Assembly: GCA_039591655.1 (NCBI GenBank)
Contig: JBDHDE010000039.1
Coordinates: 1-25,153 of the forward strand
Direction: 5' to 3'
DNA from: Gemmatimonadota bacterium
GTDB lineage: Bacteria > Gemmatimonadota > Gemmatimonadetes > Gemmatimonadales > GWC2-71-9
Length of the DNA: 25,153 bases
In this document: piece by piece, positions 9,283 to 17,857 of the stretch
Position numbering within the stretch: position 1 is the stretch's first letter
Layout of the letters: the number at the start of each line of letters is the position of its first letter
The notes under the pieces: model-generated
What the model was told of the DNA's origin: nothing
Seen by the model: only the letters and a program-made list of their open reading frames with translations
The model's database searches: none
Translations under genes and position numbers: made by a program

Positions 9283-11536
9283 TCAGGCCGACCTTCTCCA
9301 CCAACGGAGAGAAACGCGCATCCGAACGCAGCGGTGCGTAGCCAGGATCCAGATGGAGGTAGATCAGGCCGGCGGAGCGTGCCAGGAGCGCCCGCTCCAG
9401 GCAGGCGAAGGCCCGGTCGGCGTCGCCCACGGCGGCGTGGCCCATGGCAAGGACCTCCGCCCGTACGTAGTGCTGCTTCGCCTCCTCCTCCAACCGCTGC
9501 ATGATGGCCCGGGCTTCTTCCCGCTCGTCCATAGCCGCTAGAGCCCGCACGATGTGGGCGTCGTAGGCCCGCACGGAGGACTCCCGGGCCTGCCCCTTGC
9601 GGAACCAGTCCAGCGCCTCGTCCGCCTGCCCCTGCGCCAGATAGGCCGACCCGATGTCGGTGTAGGCCTGGAAGTAGTCCCGGTTGATCTCCAGGGTCCT
9701 GTGGCTCTGCTCGATAGCACCCTGGTAGTTCCCGGCGTACAGCAGGAAGCGCGCGAGCCAGCGGCTGTGATGGGCGGAGAGCGGATCCAGCTCCAGGGCA
9801 TGGCGCATCTCCTCGATGGCCGCGTCGAGCCGCCCCACCGAGGGCAGGACCGTGCCGAACACGAAATGGGCATCGGCGTAGTTGGGGTTGTACTCCACGG
9901 CGCGCCGCAGCTCTCGCTCCGCACCGGCGAAGTCCCACTCGTACCAGCAGAGCACCTTCCCGATGGATGTGAGGGCTTCGGCGAGCCGCGGCTCCAGCGC
10001 CAGAGCCTTGGCCGCCGCGGCCTTCGCCCGGGGGTAGGCATCGTCAGGCACCACCCAGTCGTCCGCCAGGTCACTCCAGCAGTCGGCGATGCCGGCGTAT
10101 GCCCGCGCATAGCCGGGCTCCTGCAGCAGCGCCTTCTGGAAGAACTCCAGGCTCTTCCGGATGTCGGGCTCGGTGAACTTGAAGAAGAAGAAGCGTCCCT
10201 TCAGATACAGGGTGTACGCCTCCATGTTCGCGGTCTCGGGCACCACGAGCTGGCCTGTGTCACCCACGAGTCTGACCTTGAGGGCGTCCACGATGGCTCG
10301 CGAGATCTCGTCCTGGATCGCAAACACGTCTTCGAGTTGCCGGTCGTAGGTCTCCGACCAGAGATTGTAGCCGTTGGCCACGTCGATGAGCTGCGCGGTG
10401 ATGCGGATCCGGTTGCCGACCTTGCGCACGCTACCCTCTAGCACCGAGGCCACGCCCAGCTTCTCACCGATCTCGCGCACGTCCGCTTCCTTCCCCTTGA
10501 AGGCGAACGACGAAGTGCGCGACGCGACGTGCACTCCCTGCAGCTTCGCGATCGCGTTGATGATCTCCTCGGTCATCCCGTCGCTGAAGTACTCGTTCTC
10601 GGGATCGGCGCTCATGTTGGCCAGCGGCAGGACGGCGATGGATTTCTTGTCGGGAAGTGTCTTGTCCACGACCGCCACAGCGCCTTGGGGAGTCGTGCCC
10701 GCCCCTCCCTGAATCACCCGCAGCGCCTCGACGAACTCCGCCGCCGTCGGGAAACGGTCCACCGGCGTACGGGCGAGAGCGCGGGTGACCGTCTCATCGA
10801 CGGCCTCCGGGACGTCACGCACGGCGCGGACCCGCGGAATCGGCGACATGAACCGCTTGGTGATGACCGCCTGTACGTTCGGGCCGGTGAACGGCTGCTC
10901 GCCGCTCAGCATCTCGTACAACACACAGCCCAGGCTGTAGAGGTCGCTGCGCCCGTCGATGCTGTGCTCCGCAGTGGCCTGCTCCGGGCTCATGTAGGCC
11001 GGCGTGCCCACCACTAGGCCTGTGGCAGTGATCTCGCCGCCCGCTTCGCTCAGTGCCTTCCCGATGCCGAAGTCAGCCACCATGGCCGCGCCCTCGTGCA
11101 ACAGAATGTTCTCCGGCTTGATGTCCCGATGCACCACGTGCTGCCGGTGGGCATAGTCCAACGCTGAGGCGACCTCCAGCGTGACCTTGAGGGCCTCATC
11201 CAGCGGGAGTTGCCGCTCGGTTACGAGTCGCTCCCGCAGCGATTCGCCCTCCATGTTGGGCATCACGTAATAGAGCAGCCCGCCGGCCTCGCCTGAGTCG
11301 TACAACGGCAGGATGTGGGGATGAGTGAGGCGGGCTGCGAGCTTGATCTCCCGCAGGAACCGGTCGGCGCCGATCTCGGATCCCAGCTCGGGCCGCAGCA
11401 CCTTGACCGCCACGTTGCGGTCGTGGCGCAGATCCCGGGCCAGGTATACGATCGCCATCCCGCCCTGGCCCAGCTCCCGCTCGAACCGGTAGCGGTCGGC
11501 CAACGCCGCGGTCATGCGCTTCTGGAGGTTGGACAT
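9278..11536 (-). CDS. Hanks-type Ser/Thr protein kinase with TolB-like (SIAVLP) domain and TPR repeats
   Basis: GQGGMA, VAVK, HRDIKPEN, DFG, GTPAYMSPEQ; then KSIAVLPLANMSADPENEYFSDG and helical TPR-like repeats; no TM segment. Start ATG 11536. Confidence 0.93.
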   Translation of the reverse strand: MSNLQKRMTAALADRYRFERELGQGGMAIVYLARDLRHDRNVAVKVLRPELGSEIGADRFLREIKLAARLTHPHILPLYDSGEAGGLLYYVMPNMEGESLRERLVTERQLPLDEALKVTLEVASALDYAHRQHVVHRDIKPENILLHEGAAMVADFGIGKALSEAGGEITATGLVVGTPAYMSPEQATAEHSIDGRSDLYSLGCVLYEMLSGEQPFTGPNVQAVITKRFMSPIPRVRAVRDVPEAVDETVTRALARTPVDRFPTAAEFVEALRVIQGGAGTTPQGAVAVVDKTLPDKKSIAVLPLANMSADPENEYFSDGMTEEIINAIAKLQGVHVASRTSSFAFKGKEADVREIGEKLGVASVLEGSVRKVGNRIRITAQLIDVANGYNLWSETYDRQLEDVFAIQDEISRAIVDALKVRLVGDTGQLVVPETANMEAYTLYLKGRFFFFKFTEPDIRKSLEFFQKALLQEPGYARAYAGIADCWSDLADDWVVPDDAYPRAKAAAAKALALEPRLAEALTSIGKVLCWYEWDFAGAERELRRAVEYNPNYADAHFVFGTVLPSVGRLDAAIEEMRHALELDPLSAHHSRWLARFLLYAGNYQGAIEQSHRTLEINRDYFQAYTDIGSAYLAQGQADEALDWFRKGQARESSVRAYDAHIVRALAAMDEREEARAIMQRLEEEAKQHYVRAEVLAMGHAAVGDADRAFACLERALLARSAGLIYLHLDPGYAPLRSDARFSPLVEKVGLK

Positions 11537-11684
11537 CGGACCGTAAGATGACCCGCACAAGCGGGGTTGGCTAGGCGCAGTCGGCGCTCATTCGCACGTC
11601 AGCCGGGGGGGAACCTGCCCCGCCCGCCGACGGTTCACTGATGCGGATCACGGATGGCCCGGCGACCGCGGCGGGCGTCCCGCG

Positions 11685-11713
11685 TTGACTATTATCTCGG
11701 GACTCCCTAACTT
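11685..11713 (+). promoter_or_regulatory. Sigma70-type promoter for the Fe-S carrier gene
   Basis: TTGACT-N17-TAACTT, followed by GGAGG (11727-11731) and ATG 11739. Confidence 0.7.
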
Positions 11714-11738
11714 GCGCGCTCACATTGGAGGCTCCAGC

Positions 11739-12101
11739 ATGACCACCACCCAGCGGCCGCAAGTCACTGTAGATGTTACGCTTACGGACGACGCCGTTAC
11801 GCAGATCCGGCGCTTCATGGAGGAGGAGCAGGTCCCCGAGGAGACCGCCGGATTGCGCGTCGCCGTGCTGCCCGGGGGGTGTTCGGGGTTCCGCTATGGA
11901 CTCAACATCGAAGAGCGCCCGTTGGACGACGACCTCACCGTCGAGGTGAAGGGCCTGCGGGTGTTCGTTGATGCCTTCAGCGCCCAATACCTGAACGGAA
12001 CGACCATCAACTACGTGTCCAGCATGCAGGGCGCGGGCTTCACGTTCGAGAACCCGAATGCCACCGGCGGGTGCGGGTGCGGTAGCTCCTTCACGGCGTA
12101 G
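11739..12101 (+). CDS. A-type iron-sulfur cluster carrier (HesB/IscA/ErpA family)
   Basis: LT..AV, GGCSGF.Y, F.F.NPNA, CGCGSSF motifs; good SD. Confidence 0.95.
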   Translation: MTTTQRPQVTVDVTLTDDAVTQIRRFMEEEQVPEETAGLRVAVLPGGCSGFRYGLNIEERPLDDDLTVEVKGLRVFVDAFSAQYLNGTTINYVSSMQGAGFTFENPNATGGCGCGSSFTA

Positions 12102-12129
12102 CCGCTTGCCGACGCCGAGCGTTGTCGTA

Positions 12130-12158
12130 ACGGGGCCCGCGCCGATCGCGGGCCCCGT
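12130..12158. terminator. Perfect 12-bp stem-loop between the Fe-S carrier and symporter genes
   Basis: ACGGGGCCCGCG-CCGAT-CGCGGGCCCCGT; no adjacent U-tract. Confidence 0.55.
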
Positions 12159-12179
12159 CGCCGTTTCGGGAGCCAGCCA

Positions 12180-13613
12180 GTGAACTTCCTCGACATCCTC
12201 GTCATGGCGGCGTACTTCGCCGTAGTAGTCGCCATCGGCGGCTACTTCACGCGGCGCCAGCGGGACGCGTCGGATTACTTCCTGGGACGACACACGCTCC
12301 CGTGGTGGGCGGTGATGCTCTCCATCGTCGCCACCGAGACCTCGGCCCTCACGGTAATCTCGGTCCCCGGGCTCGCCGCCCGGGGCGACCTCACTTTCCT
12401 GCAGCTTCCCCTCGGCTACCTGATCGGGCGCCTGGGAGTAGCCGCCTGGCTCCTCCCCGGCTACTTCCGCGGGGAGCAGGAAACGGCTTACGCCCGTCTA
12501 GAGGCGCGCTTCGGTCCTGCCACCCGCAAGGTCGCGGCGGGGATCTTCATGGGCATTCGGGCCTTGGGGGACAGCGTCCGCGTGTTCGCCACGGCGATCC
12601 CGTTGGCCATAGTGACGGGGTGGTCGGTAGCCACCAGTGTGGTTGTGGTGGCGCTGGTGACCCTGGCGTATACCTGGGCCGGGGGGATCAAGGCCGTGGT
12701 GTGGGTGGATGTGATCCAGCTGGGGATCTACGTGCTGGGAGGCATTGCGACGATCATCGTCGCCGTGATCCTGACGGGCGATTTCGGCACGACCCTCGAC
12801 GCGGCTGCCGCGGCGGGCAAGCTGCGGGTGTTCGACTGGAGCCTATCCCTCAGCACGACGTACACCTTCCTCGGTGGCTTGGTGGGCGGGGCGCTACTCT
12901 CGGCAGCATCCCACGGCACGGACCACCTCATCGTGCAGCGGCTGCTCGCCACCCGAAACTTGGGGGACGCGCGGCGCGCATTGGTGGGCTCCGGGATTCT
13001 GGTGATCCTGCAATTCGCCCTGTTCCTGTTCGTGGGAACCATGCTTTGGGCCGCCGGGGCGGCCGACCCCACCCTCTCCGGGGACCAGCTCTACCCCACC
13101 TTCGTGGTCGAGCGGCTGCCGCCGGGATTGGCGGGGCTCGTAGTGGCGGGATTGCTGGCCGCGGCGATGAGCACGGTGAGCTCCTCCCTGAACTCCCTGG
13201 CCTCCGCCACGACCCACGACTTCTACGCGCCACTCAAGCGGCAGCGCGACCCCCGTCGCTTGCTGGTCGTGGGGCGGTGGGCGACGGTGGGTTGGGCGGT
13301 GGTCCTCATGGCCGGCGCGCTCTCGTTCCGATCCACCGACCAACCGGTGGTGGAGCTCGCGCTGTCCATCGCCTCGATCACCTACGGCTCACTGCTGGGC
13401 ACGTACATCCTGGCGGGGATCTCGCGGTCGGCGCGGCAAGCGGACGCCATCTTGGCAATCATCGTGGCCACGGGAGCCATGTTGCTCATCGTGCTGGGGA
13501 AGCCCGGCGCTTTCGCCCAGCTGGCCTGGCCGTGGTACGTGCCCCTGGGCACTGTGATCACCTTGGTCGTCGGCAGCCTCGCGGCAGGAATCCGTAGCTC
13601 GAGGTCAGCATGA
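12180..13613 (+). CDS. Sodium:solute symporter (SSS/SLC5 family), probable amino-sugar importer
   Basis: DYFLG...PWW...SIVATETSA, GG.KAV.W.D..Q, HGTDH..VQR.L, AAMST.SS.LNSLA; many TM helices; SD GGGAG at 12168-12172. Substrate inferred from context only. Confidence 0.9.
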   Translation: MNFLDILVMAAYFAVVVAIGGYFTRRQRDASDYFLGRHTLPWWAVMLSIVATETSALTVISVPGLAARGDLTFLQLPLGYLIGRLGVAAWLLPGYFRGEQETAYARLEARFGPATRKVAAGIFMGIRALGDSVRVFATAIPLAIVTGWSVATSVVVVALVTLAYTWAGGIKAVVWVDVIQLGIYVLGGIATIIVAVILTGDFGTTLDAAAAAGKLRVFDWSLSLSTTYTFLGGLVGGALLSAASHGTDHLIVQRLLATRNLGDARRALVGSGILVILQFALFLFVGTMLWAAGAADPTLSGDQLYPTFVVERLPPGLAGLVVAGLLAAAMSTVSSSLNSLASATTHDFYAPLKRQRDPRRLLVVGRWATVGWAVVLMAGALSFRSTDQPVVELALSIASITYGSLLGTYILAGISRSARQADAILAIIVATGAMLLIVLGKPGAFAQLAWPWYVPLGTVITLVVGSLAAGIRSSRSA

Positions 13614-14518
13614 CGATCCTGGTCGGTGTCGATGCCGGCGCCTCCCACACGGAGGCTGTAGTCGCCGACGAGACACTGTGCCCGCTGGGGCGGCAGACCG
13701 GTCCGGCCGGGGCGGTGGGTCCGGGTCGCGTGACCGCGGCCGCCGAGGTGATCGCCGCCGTGGTGAGTGCGGCGCTGGAGGGCGCCCGGCGGGAGGGAGC
13801 GCCCCACGCCGCCGTAGTGGGGGCGGCCGGCGCCGGGCACACCGAGGTGCAGGAGGCTCTGGGTCGCGCCCTGCTGGCGGTGTGGGGCGGCACCCGAATC
13901 GCGGTGGTGACCGACGGCGAGGTGGCACTCGAGGCCGCTTTCCCCGATGGCGCCGGCATACTGCTCACGGCGGGCACGGGGTCCATCGCCTACGCCCGTG
14001 ATCCGGCAGGCGCGCTTCGACGGGTCGGCGGATTGGGGTGGCGCTTCGGGGACGAGGGGAGTGGCTACGCGCTGGCCAAGGCCGCCCTCCGAGCGGTGAG
14101 CCGTGCCGCCGATCGCCGCGGGCCCCACACCGAGCTGTCCCACCGGCTCCAGGGAGCCACCGGGACGGACTCCTTCAGCGGCCTGAGCCAGTGGATGAAG
14201 ACGGCCGGCCACAGCGCCGTCGCTGGCCTGGCGCGGAGGGTGTGTGACGCGGCGACGGCGGGGGATCAGGTGGCGGCGGAGCTGGTCATGCAGGCCGCCC
14301 TCGACCTCGCCGACCACGTCGCGGGCTTGCTCCCGGCATTCGCGGGATCGCGCACCGTGCCCCTCGCCCTCGCCGGCGGCCTGCTACAGTTGGGCTCGCC
14401 GGTGCGGGAGACCCTCCTCGAGATCCTGCGTAGCGACATGCCGATGGTCGCGCTGCGCGATGAGCCGGTGGATCCACCCATGGGCGCGGTCAGAATGGCC
14501 GCGCGGCTGCTAGTGTAG
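13610..14518 (+). CDS. BadF/BadG/BcrA/BcrD-type sugar kinase (GlcNAc/MurNAc kinase, MurK-like)
   Basis: GVDAGASHT, GAAG, TD...AL, AGTGS, GGLG..FGDEGSGY motifs; ATGA overlap with the symporter. Confidence 0.88.
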   Translation: MTILVGVDAGASHTEAVVADETLCPLGRQTGPAGAVGPGRVTAAAEVIAAVVSAALEGARREGAPHAAVVGAAGAGHTEVQEALGRALLAVWGGTRIAVVTDGEVALEAAFPDGAGILLTAGTGSIAYARDPAGALRRVGGLGWRFGDEGSGYALAKAALRAVSRAADRRGPHTELSHRLQGATGTDSFSGLSQWMKTAGHSAVAGLARRVCDAATAGDQVAAELVMQAALDLADHVAGLLPAFAGSRTVPLALAGGLLQLGSPVRETLLEILRSDMPMVALRDEPVDPPMGAVRMAARLLV

Positions 14519-14532
14519 CGCGGTTGTGGGAG

Positions 14533-16497
14533 TCAGGCCCGGCTCTCCTTCCCCACCAGCCGCACGAAGAGGTACACCACCCCACACCCCAGCACGATCA
14601 TCGCGAGGGCGCCCCACGACGAGGAGGCCAGCAGGCCTCCGAGAATGATCAGACCCAGGAGGGAGATCACGGCCACCAGCATCGCGTAGGGGAGCTGGGT
14701 GCGCACGTGGTCCACGTGATCGCATCCCGAGGCCATGGAGCTCAGCACCGTGGTGTCGGAGATCGGCGAACAGTGGTCGCCGAAGATCGCGCCGGCCAGC
14801 ACCGAGGCGATGCCGCCGAGGAGGGCGCCGGTGCCGGCGCCTCCTTCCAGGCTGCCGCCCAGGGCCACCGCCAGCGGAATGGTCAACGGAATGAGAATAG
14901 CCATGGTGGCCCACGAGGTGCCGGTGGCAAAGGCGACCAGAGCGGCTACCACGAAGACGGCAGCGGGAAGCATGGCCAGTGGCATGCGCTCCGAGAGCAC
15001 GCTGGAAAGGAACGATGCCGTCGAGAGCGAGCTCGTCACCTCACCCAGGGACCAGGCGAGTACCAGGATCACCATGGCGAGCACCATGGCCTTCATGCCG
15101 CCAACCAGCGCCCTCATGGTCTGCGAGAGAGTGAGGAGGCGCTGTGACGTCGCCAGCGCCACGGCAACGACGCAGCCCAGGAGCGATCCCCACAACAGCG
15201 TGGAGAAGGCATCGGTGTTCCGGAGGACGTAGCGCACGGTCTCGCCGAATCCCAGCGCGCCGGCCTCGTCCAACCCCCTGGTGCCGGTCCAGATGAGTCC
15301 CGCCAGCACGACTACGACCACCGTGAGCACGGGCATGACCCCGTTCCACCAGCGCAGCGGTGTCCCTTCGGGCTCCGATCCCAGCTCGCCCTCCATGTCG
15401 GCGGCGAGCTGGGCGCCGGGGCCGTACACCCCGCCCCCCGAAGCCGCCCGTCGCTCGGCCCTCAGCATGGGCCCGAAATCCCGGCGGGAGGCGACGAACA
15501 GTGCCACGGCGAAGATGGCGATGATGGGGTAAAACAGGTACGGAATCGACTGGAGGAACACACCGAACGGAGAGGCCGCCAGGAGTTGCTCCGCCGTGCT
15601 TCCCGACGCCACCCCCTGCTCCACAGCCAGCCGCATCCCGTCCCCGATGAGCGAGATCTCGTAGCCCACCCACGTCGACACGAACACGATGGCGGAGACC
15701 GGCGCCGCCGTGGAGTCAACGATGTAGGCGAGCTTCTCCCGGGAAACACGACGCTGGTCGGTGAGGGGCCGCATCGTGTTGCCCACGATCAGCGTGTTGG
15801 CGTAGTCGTCGAAGAAGATCGCCAGGCCGGCCAACCAGGTCGCGAACTGCGCGCGACGCGGGGTGGTGGCCAGGGGGGTCACGGCCTCGACGATCGCCCG
15901 GGTGCCCCCCATGCGGGTCATGATCCCCACCATGCCGCCCAGCAGCAGGGAGAAGATGACGATGGAGGCGTGATTGGGGTCTGCGAGCGCGGGCATGATG
16001 TAGCCGTCGATCGCCCTGAGGATCGCCGCGAAGGGATTGTAGCCAACCAGGAACAGGCATCCGAGCCAGACGCCCAAGAACAGGCTGCTCACCACCTCGT
16101 GGAAGATCAGCGCCAAGGCGATCGCCAGAAGCGGCGGCAGGATGCTGAACCAGGCCGGCAGCAGCGGAGGCTCCAGGGTGGTCGTCGTTGCGCCAACCAT
16201 GAGGCCCATGGGGAGCTGATCACGCCTGGTGATCACGACGTCGCGGAAGGTGACCTCGCCAACCGGGGGAATCGTGGCCTGCGCCAACCGGGAGCCGTCG
16301 CCCCCCAGCAGGGTCGCCGTTACCGTATCGAGGGAGTGCGGCGTGCTCACCGTGATCGAGAAGGGGATGCCCTTGAGCACGACCTTGGGCATGTCCACCT
16401 CGACCTCCTGAGCCCGGAGCGGCGCTCCGCTCAAACCGACCAGCAGGCACAGGACCAAGGCCACCCACTTGGAGCCACGGACGTATCCGGCTGGCAC
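14533..16497 (-). CDS. NhaC-family (COG1757-like) transporter with N-terminal exported extension
   Basis: IFFDDYAN, SREKLAYIVDSTAAP, FATGTSW, GAIFGDHCSPISDTT, DHVRTQLPY motifs. GTG at 16497 has SD AAGGGAG; the ORF-track start at 16554 is less likely. Confidence 0.88.
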   Translation of the reverse strand: MPAGYVRGSKWVALVLCLLVGLSGAPLRAQEVEVDMPKVVLKGIPFSITVSTPHSLDTVTATLLGGDGSRLAQATIPPVGEVTFRDVVITRRDQLPMGLMVGATTTTLEPPLLPAWFSILPPLLAIALALIFHEVVSSLFLGVWLGCLFLVGYNPFAAILRAIDGYIMPALADPNHASIVIFSLLLGGMVGIMTRMGGTRAIVEAVTPLATTPRRAQFATWLAGLAIFFDDYANTLIVGNTMRPLTDQRRVSREKLAYIVDSTAAPVSAIVFVSTWVGYEISLIGDGMRLAVEQGVASGSTAEQLLAASPFGVFLQSIPYLFYPIIAIFAVALFVASRRDFGPMLRAERRAASGGGVYGPGAQLAADMEGELGSEPEGTPLRWWNGVMPVLTVVVVVLAGLIWTGTRGLDEAGALGFGETVRYVLRNTDAFSTLLWGSLLGCVVAVALATSQRLLTLSQTMRALVGGMKAMVLAMVILVLAWSLGEVTSSLSTASFLSSVLSERMPLAMLPAAVFVVAALVAFATGTSWATMAILIPLTIPLAVALGGSLEGGAGTGALLGGIASVLAGAIFGDHCSPISDTTVLSSMASGCDHVDHVRTQLPYAMLVAVISLLGLIILGGLLASSSWGALAMIVLGCGVVYLFVRLVGKESRA

Positions 16498-16579
16498 CTG
16501 GCATCTCCCTTCGCTAGAGGTGTCACGGTCAGACGTCGGGCGCAGCTGGTGCACCGCGCCGCGGGCTAATGTGTGCGCT

Positions 16580-17335
16580 TTACAGCGTGATGGGAATGAT
16601 GACCTGTCCGGTGACCGGCGTGCCGTCCAGGGTGCGGGCCGGCGTGAACTGGAACTGGTACATCTGATTCAGGAACTTGCGCCGATAGTCCGAGTCCTCG
16701 ATCTGGGGCTCGACCTCCACCCTCGTCACCTGCCCCCGGACATCCACCCAGAAGTGCACGCGGAACTCGTGACCCCTGACCGACCTCGGCCGATCTGCCG
16801 GAACGATGATGAATCGGGGCTCGGGGGGAAACACGTTGCCGCCGCCGGCTCCTGGCCCCTGCCCGGCGCCGATCCCGGTGCCGCGGCCGGATCCCACTCC
16901 GCCGCCCTGGCCGGTCCCGGTCCCGGGCCCTCCTCCGGTGCCGGTTCCCTGTCCGATCTGGACGGCCTCCAGAGCCGGACGCGTGAGCGCCGGCGGTCGC
17001 CACAGGGGGGTCTCTTCCGGAATCGACCGCAGGTTGGGCTCGGGGAGGACGAGCTCCGCAGTCTGCTGGACCGGCTCGTCTCGCGCTGCCGCGGGTTCAC
17101 TGGCGGCGGCTGGGGAAAGCTGCATGTAGCGGATCTCGGATCTGCCGCCCCCGCCCCCGCCCCCCGCAGGCCCGGGACCGCCCAACGCGGTGAACACCTC
17201 AGCCGTCGACGCGGCCCCCAGGACCAGCAGCAACACGATCCCGCCGTGCACCAGGATGGACACCGCCACTCCGGAGGTGTAGCGCTCCGTGCTCCGCGGC
17301 AAGCGCGCGCTCGGCACACGGCGTGGGCGTCTCAT
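16580..17335 (-). CDS. TonB-like protein with Gly-rich linker
   Basis: TM helix with S-x3-H (SILVH), poly-Gly and (GX)n linker, TonB-C-like end (V.F.VD..G.V..V...F.PAR..G.PV). Alternative start 17344. Confidence 0.75.
   Translation of the reverse strand: MRRPRRVPSARLPRSTERYTSGVAVSILVHGGIVLLLVLGAASTAEVFTALGGPGPAGGGGGGGRSEIRYMQLSPAAASEPAAARDEPVQQTAELVLPEPNLRSIPEETPLWRPPALTRPALEAVQIGQGTGTGGGPGTGTGQGGGVGSGRGTGIGAGQGPGAGGGNVFPPEPRFIIVPADRPRSVRGHEFRVHFWVDVRGQVTRVEVEPQIEDSDYRRKFLNQMYQFQFTPARTLDGTPVTGQVIIPITL
16838..16954 (-). repeat. Coding low-complexity (Gly-X)19-Gly tract
   Basis: GQGTGTGGGPGTGTGQGGGVGSGRGTGIGAGQGPGAGGG: Gly at every odd position. Confidence 0.9.
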
Positions 17336-17342
17336 GCTCTGC

Positions 17343-17356
17343 ATTCTACACCACGG
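17343..17356 (-). promoter_or_regulatory. Promoter motif CCGTGGTGTAGAAT (-10 TAGAAT), 7 nt before ATG 17335
   Basis: 13/14 identical to the motif at 19904-19917; geometry fits a leaderless transcript. Confidence 0.55.
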
Positions 17357-17422
17357 GCGCGGAGGCCTTCCGGTTCCGGCTCCCGCGCCCGCGACCCACC
17401 TCGCCTGGAAGGCCTGTGTAGT

Positions 17423-17851
17423 CTAATCGCTACTCTGCTGCCGGTCCGGTGGCGTGAAGCCGATGACCTGGACTCCCGCCCCACGGGCGATGTCCATGGC
17501 ATCAACCACCTGCTGATACAGTCGGTTCCCCGCCGACTTCACGAACAGGATCTTCGCCGGCCGGTTGTCGTAGATCCGATGGAACTCGGCGTCCAGCGTG
17601 GCGTACGCTACCAGATTGCCGTTGATCTCGTAGGACCCGTCCGCCTTGAGCTCCAGCACGATGTTGTTGCTGGGCCCTGCGGCCTGCTGCTGACCACGCA
17701 CCTCGGGCGGGACCTGTACGTCCACCGCCTTGCGGGAGAGCGGCACCTGCATCATGAAGATGATCAGGAGCACGAGGAGAATGTCGATCATCGGAACGAC
17801 GTTCGGCTCGTGGCTGAAGCTGCTACCGGTGTCTGGAAGTTGCAGTGCCAT
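17423..17851 (-). CDS. exbD: ExbD/TolR family protein
   Basis: EPNVVPMIDILLVLLIIFM with conserved TM Asp; C-terminal V...MD....AGV. Confidence 0.92.
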   Translation of the reverse strand: MALQLPDTGSSFSHEPNVVPMIDILLVLLIIFMMQVPLSRKAVDVQVPPEVRGQQQAAGPSNNIVLELKADGSYEINGNLVAYATLDAEFHRIYDNRPAKILFVKSAGNRLYQQVVDAMDIARGAGVQVIGFTPPDRQQSSD

Positions 17852-17857
17852 GGCCGG

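Noticed and set aside
11575..11680. Possible structured ncRNA or riboswitch in the kinase/Fe-S carrier spacer (GTCGGCG...CGCCGAC)
   Set aside because: Short GC pairings are expected by chance and no known family motif was recognised; an Rfam/covariation search would be needed.
11571..12293. 240-aa minus-strand ORF across the Fe-S carrier gene
   Set aside because: Antisense to a conserved gene and its promoter; no recognisable domain.
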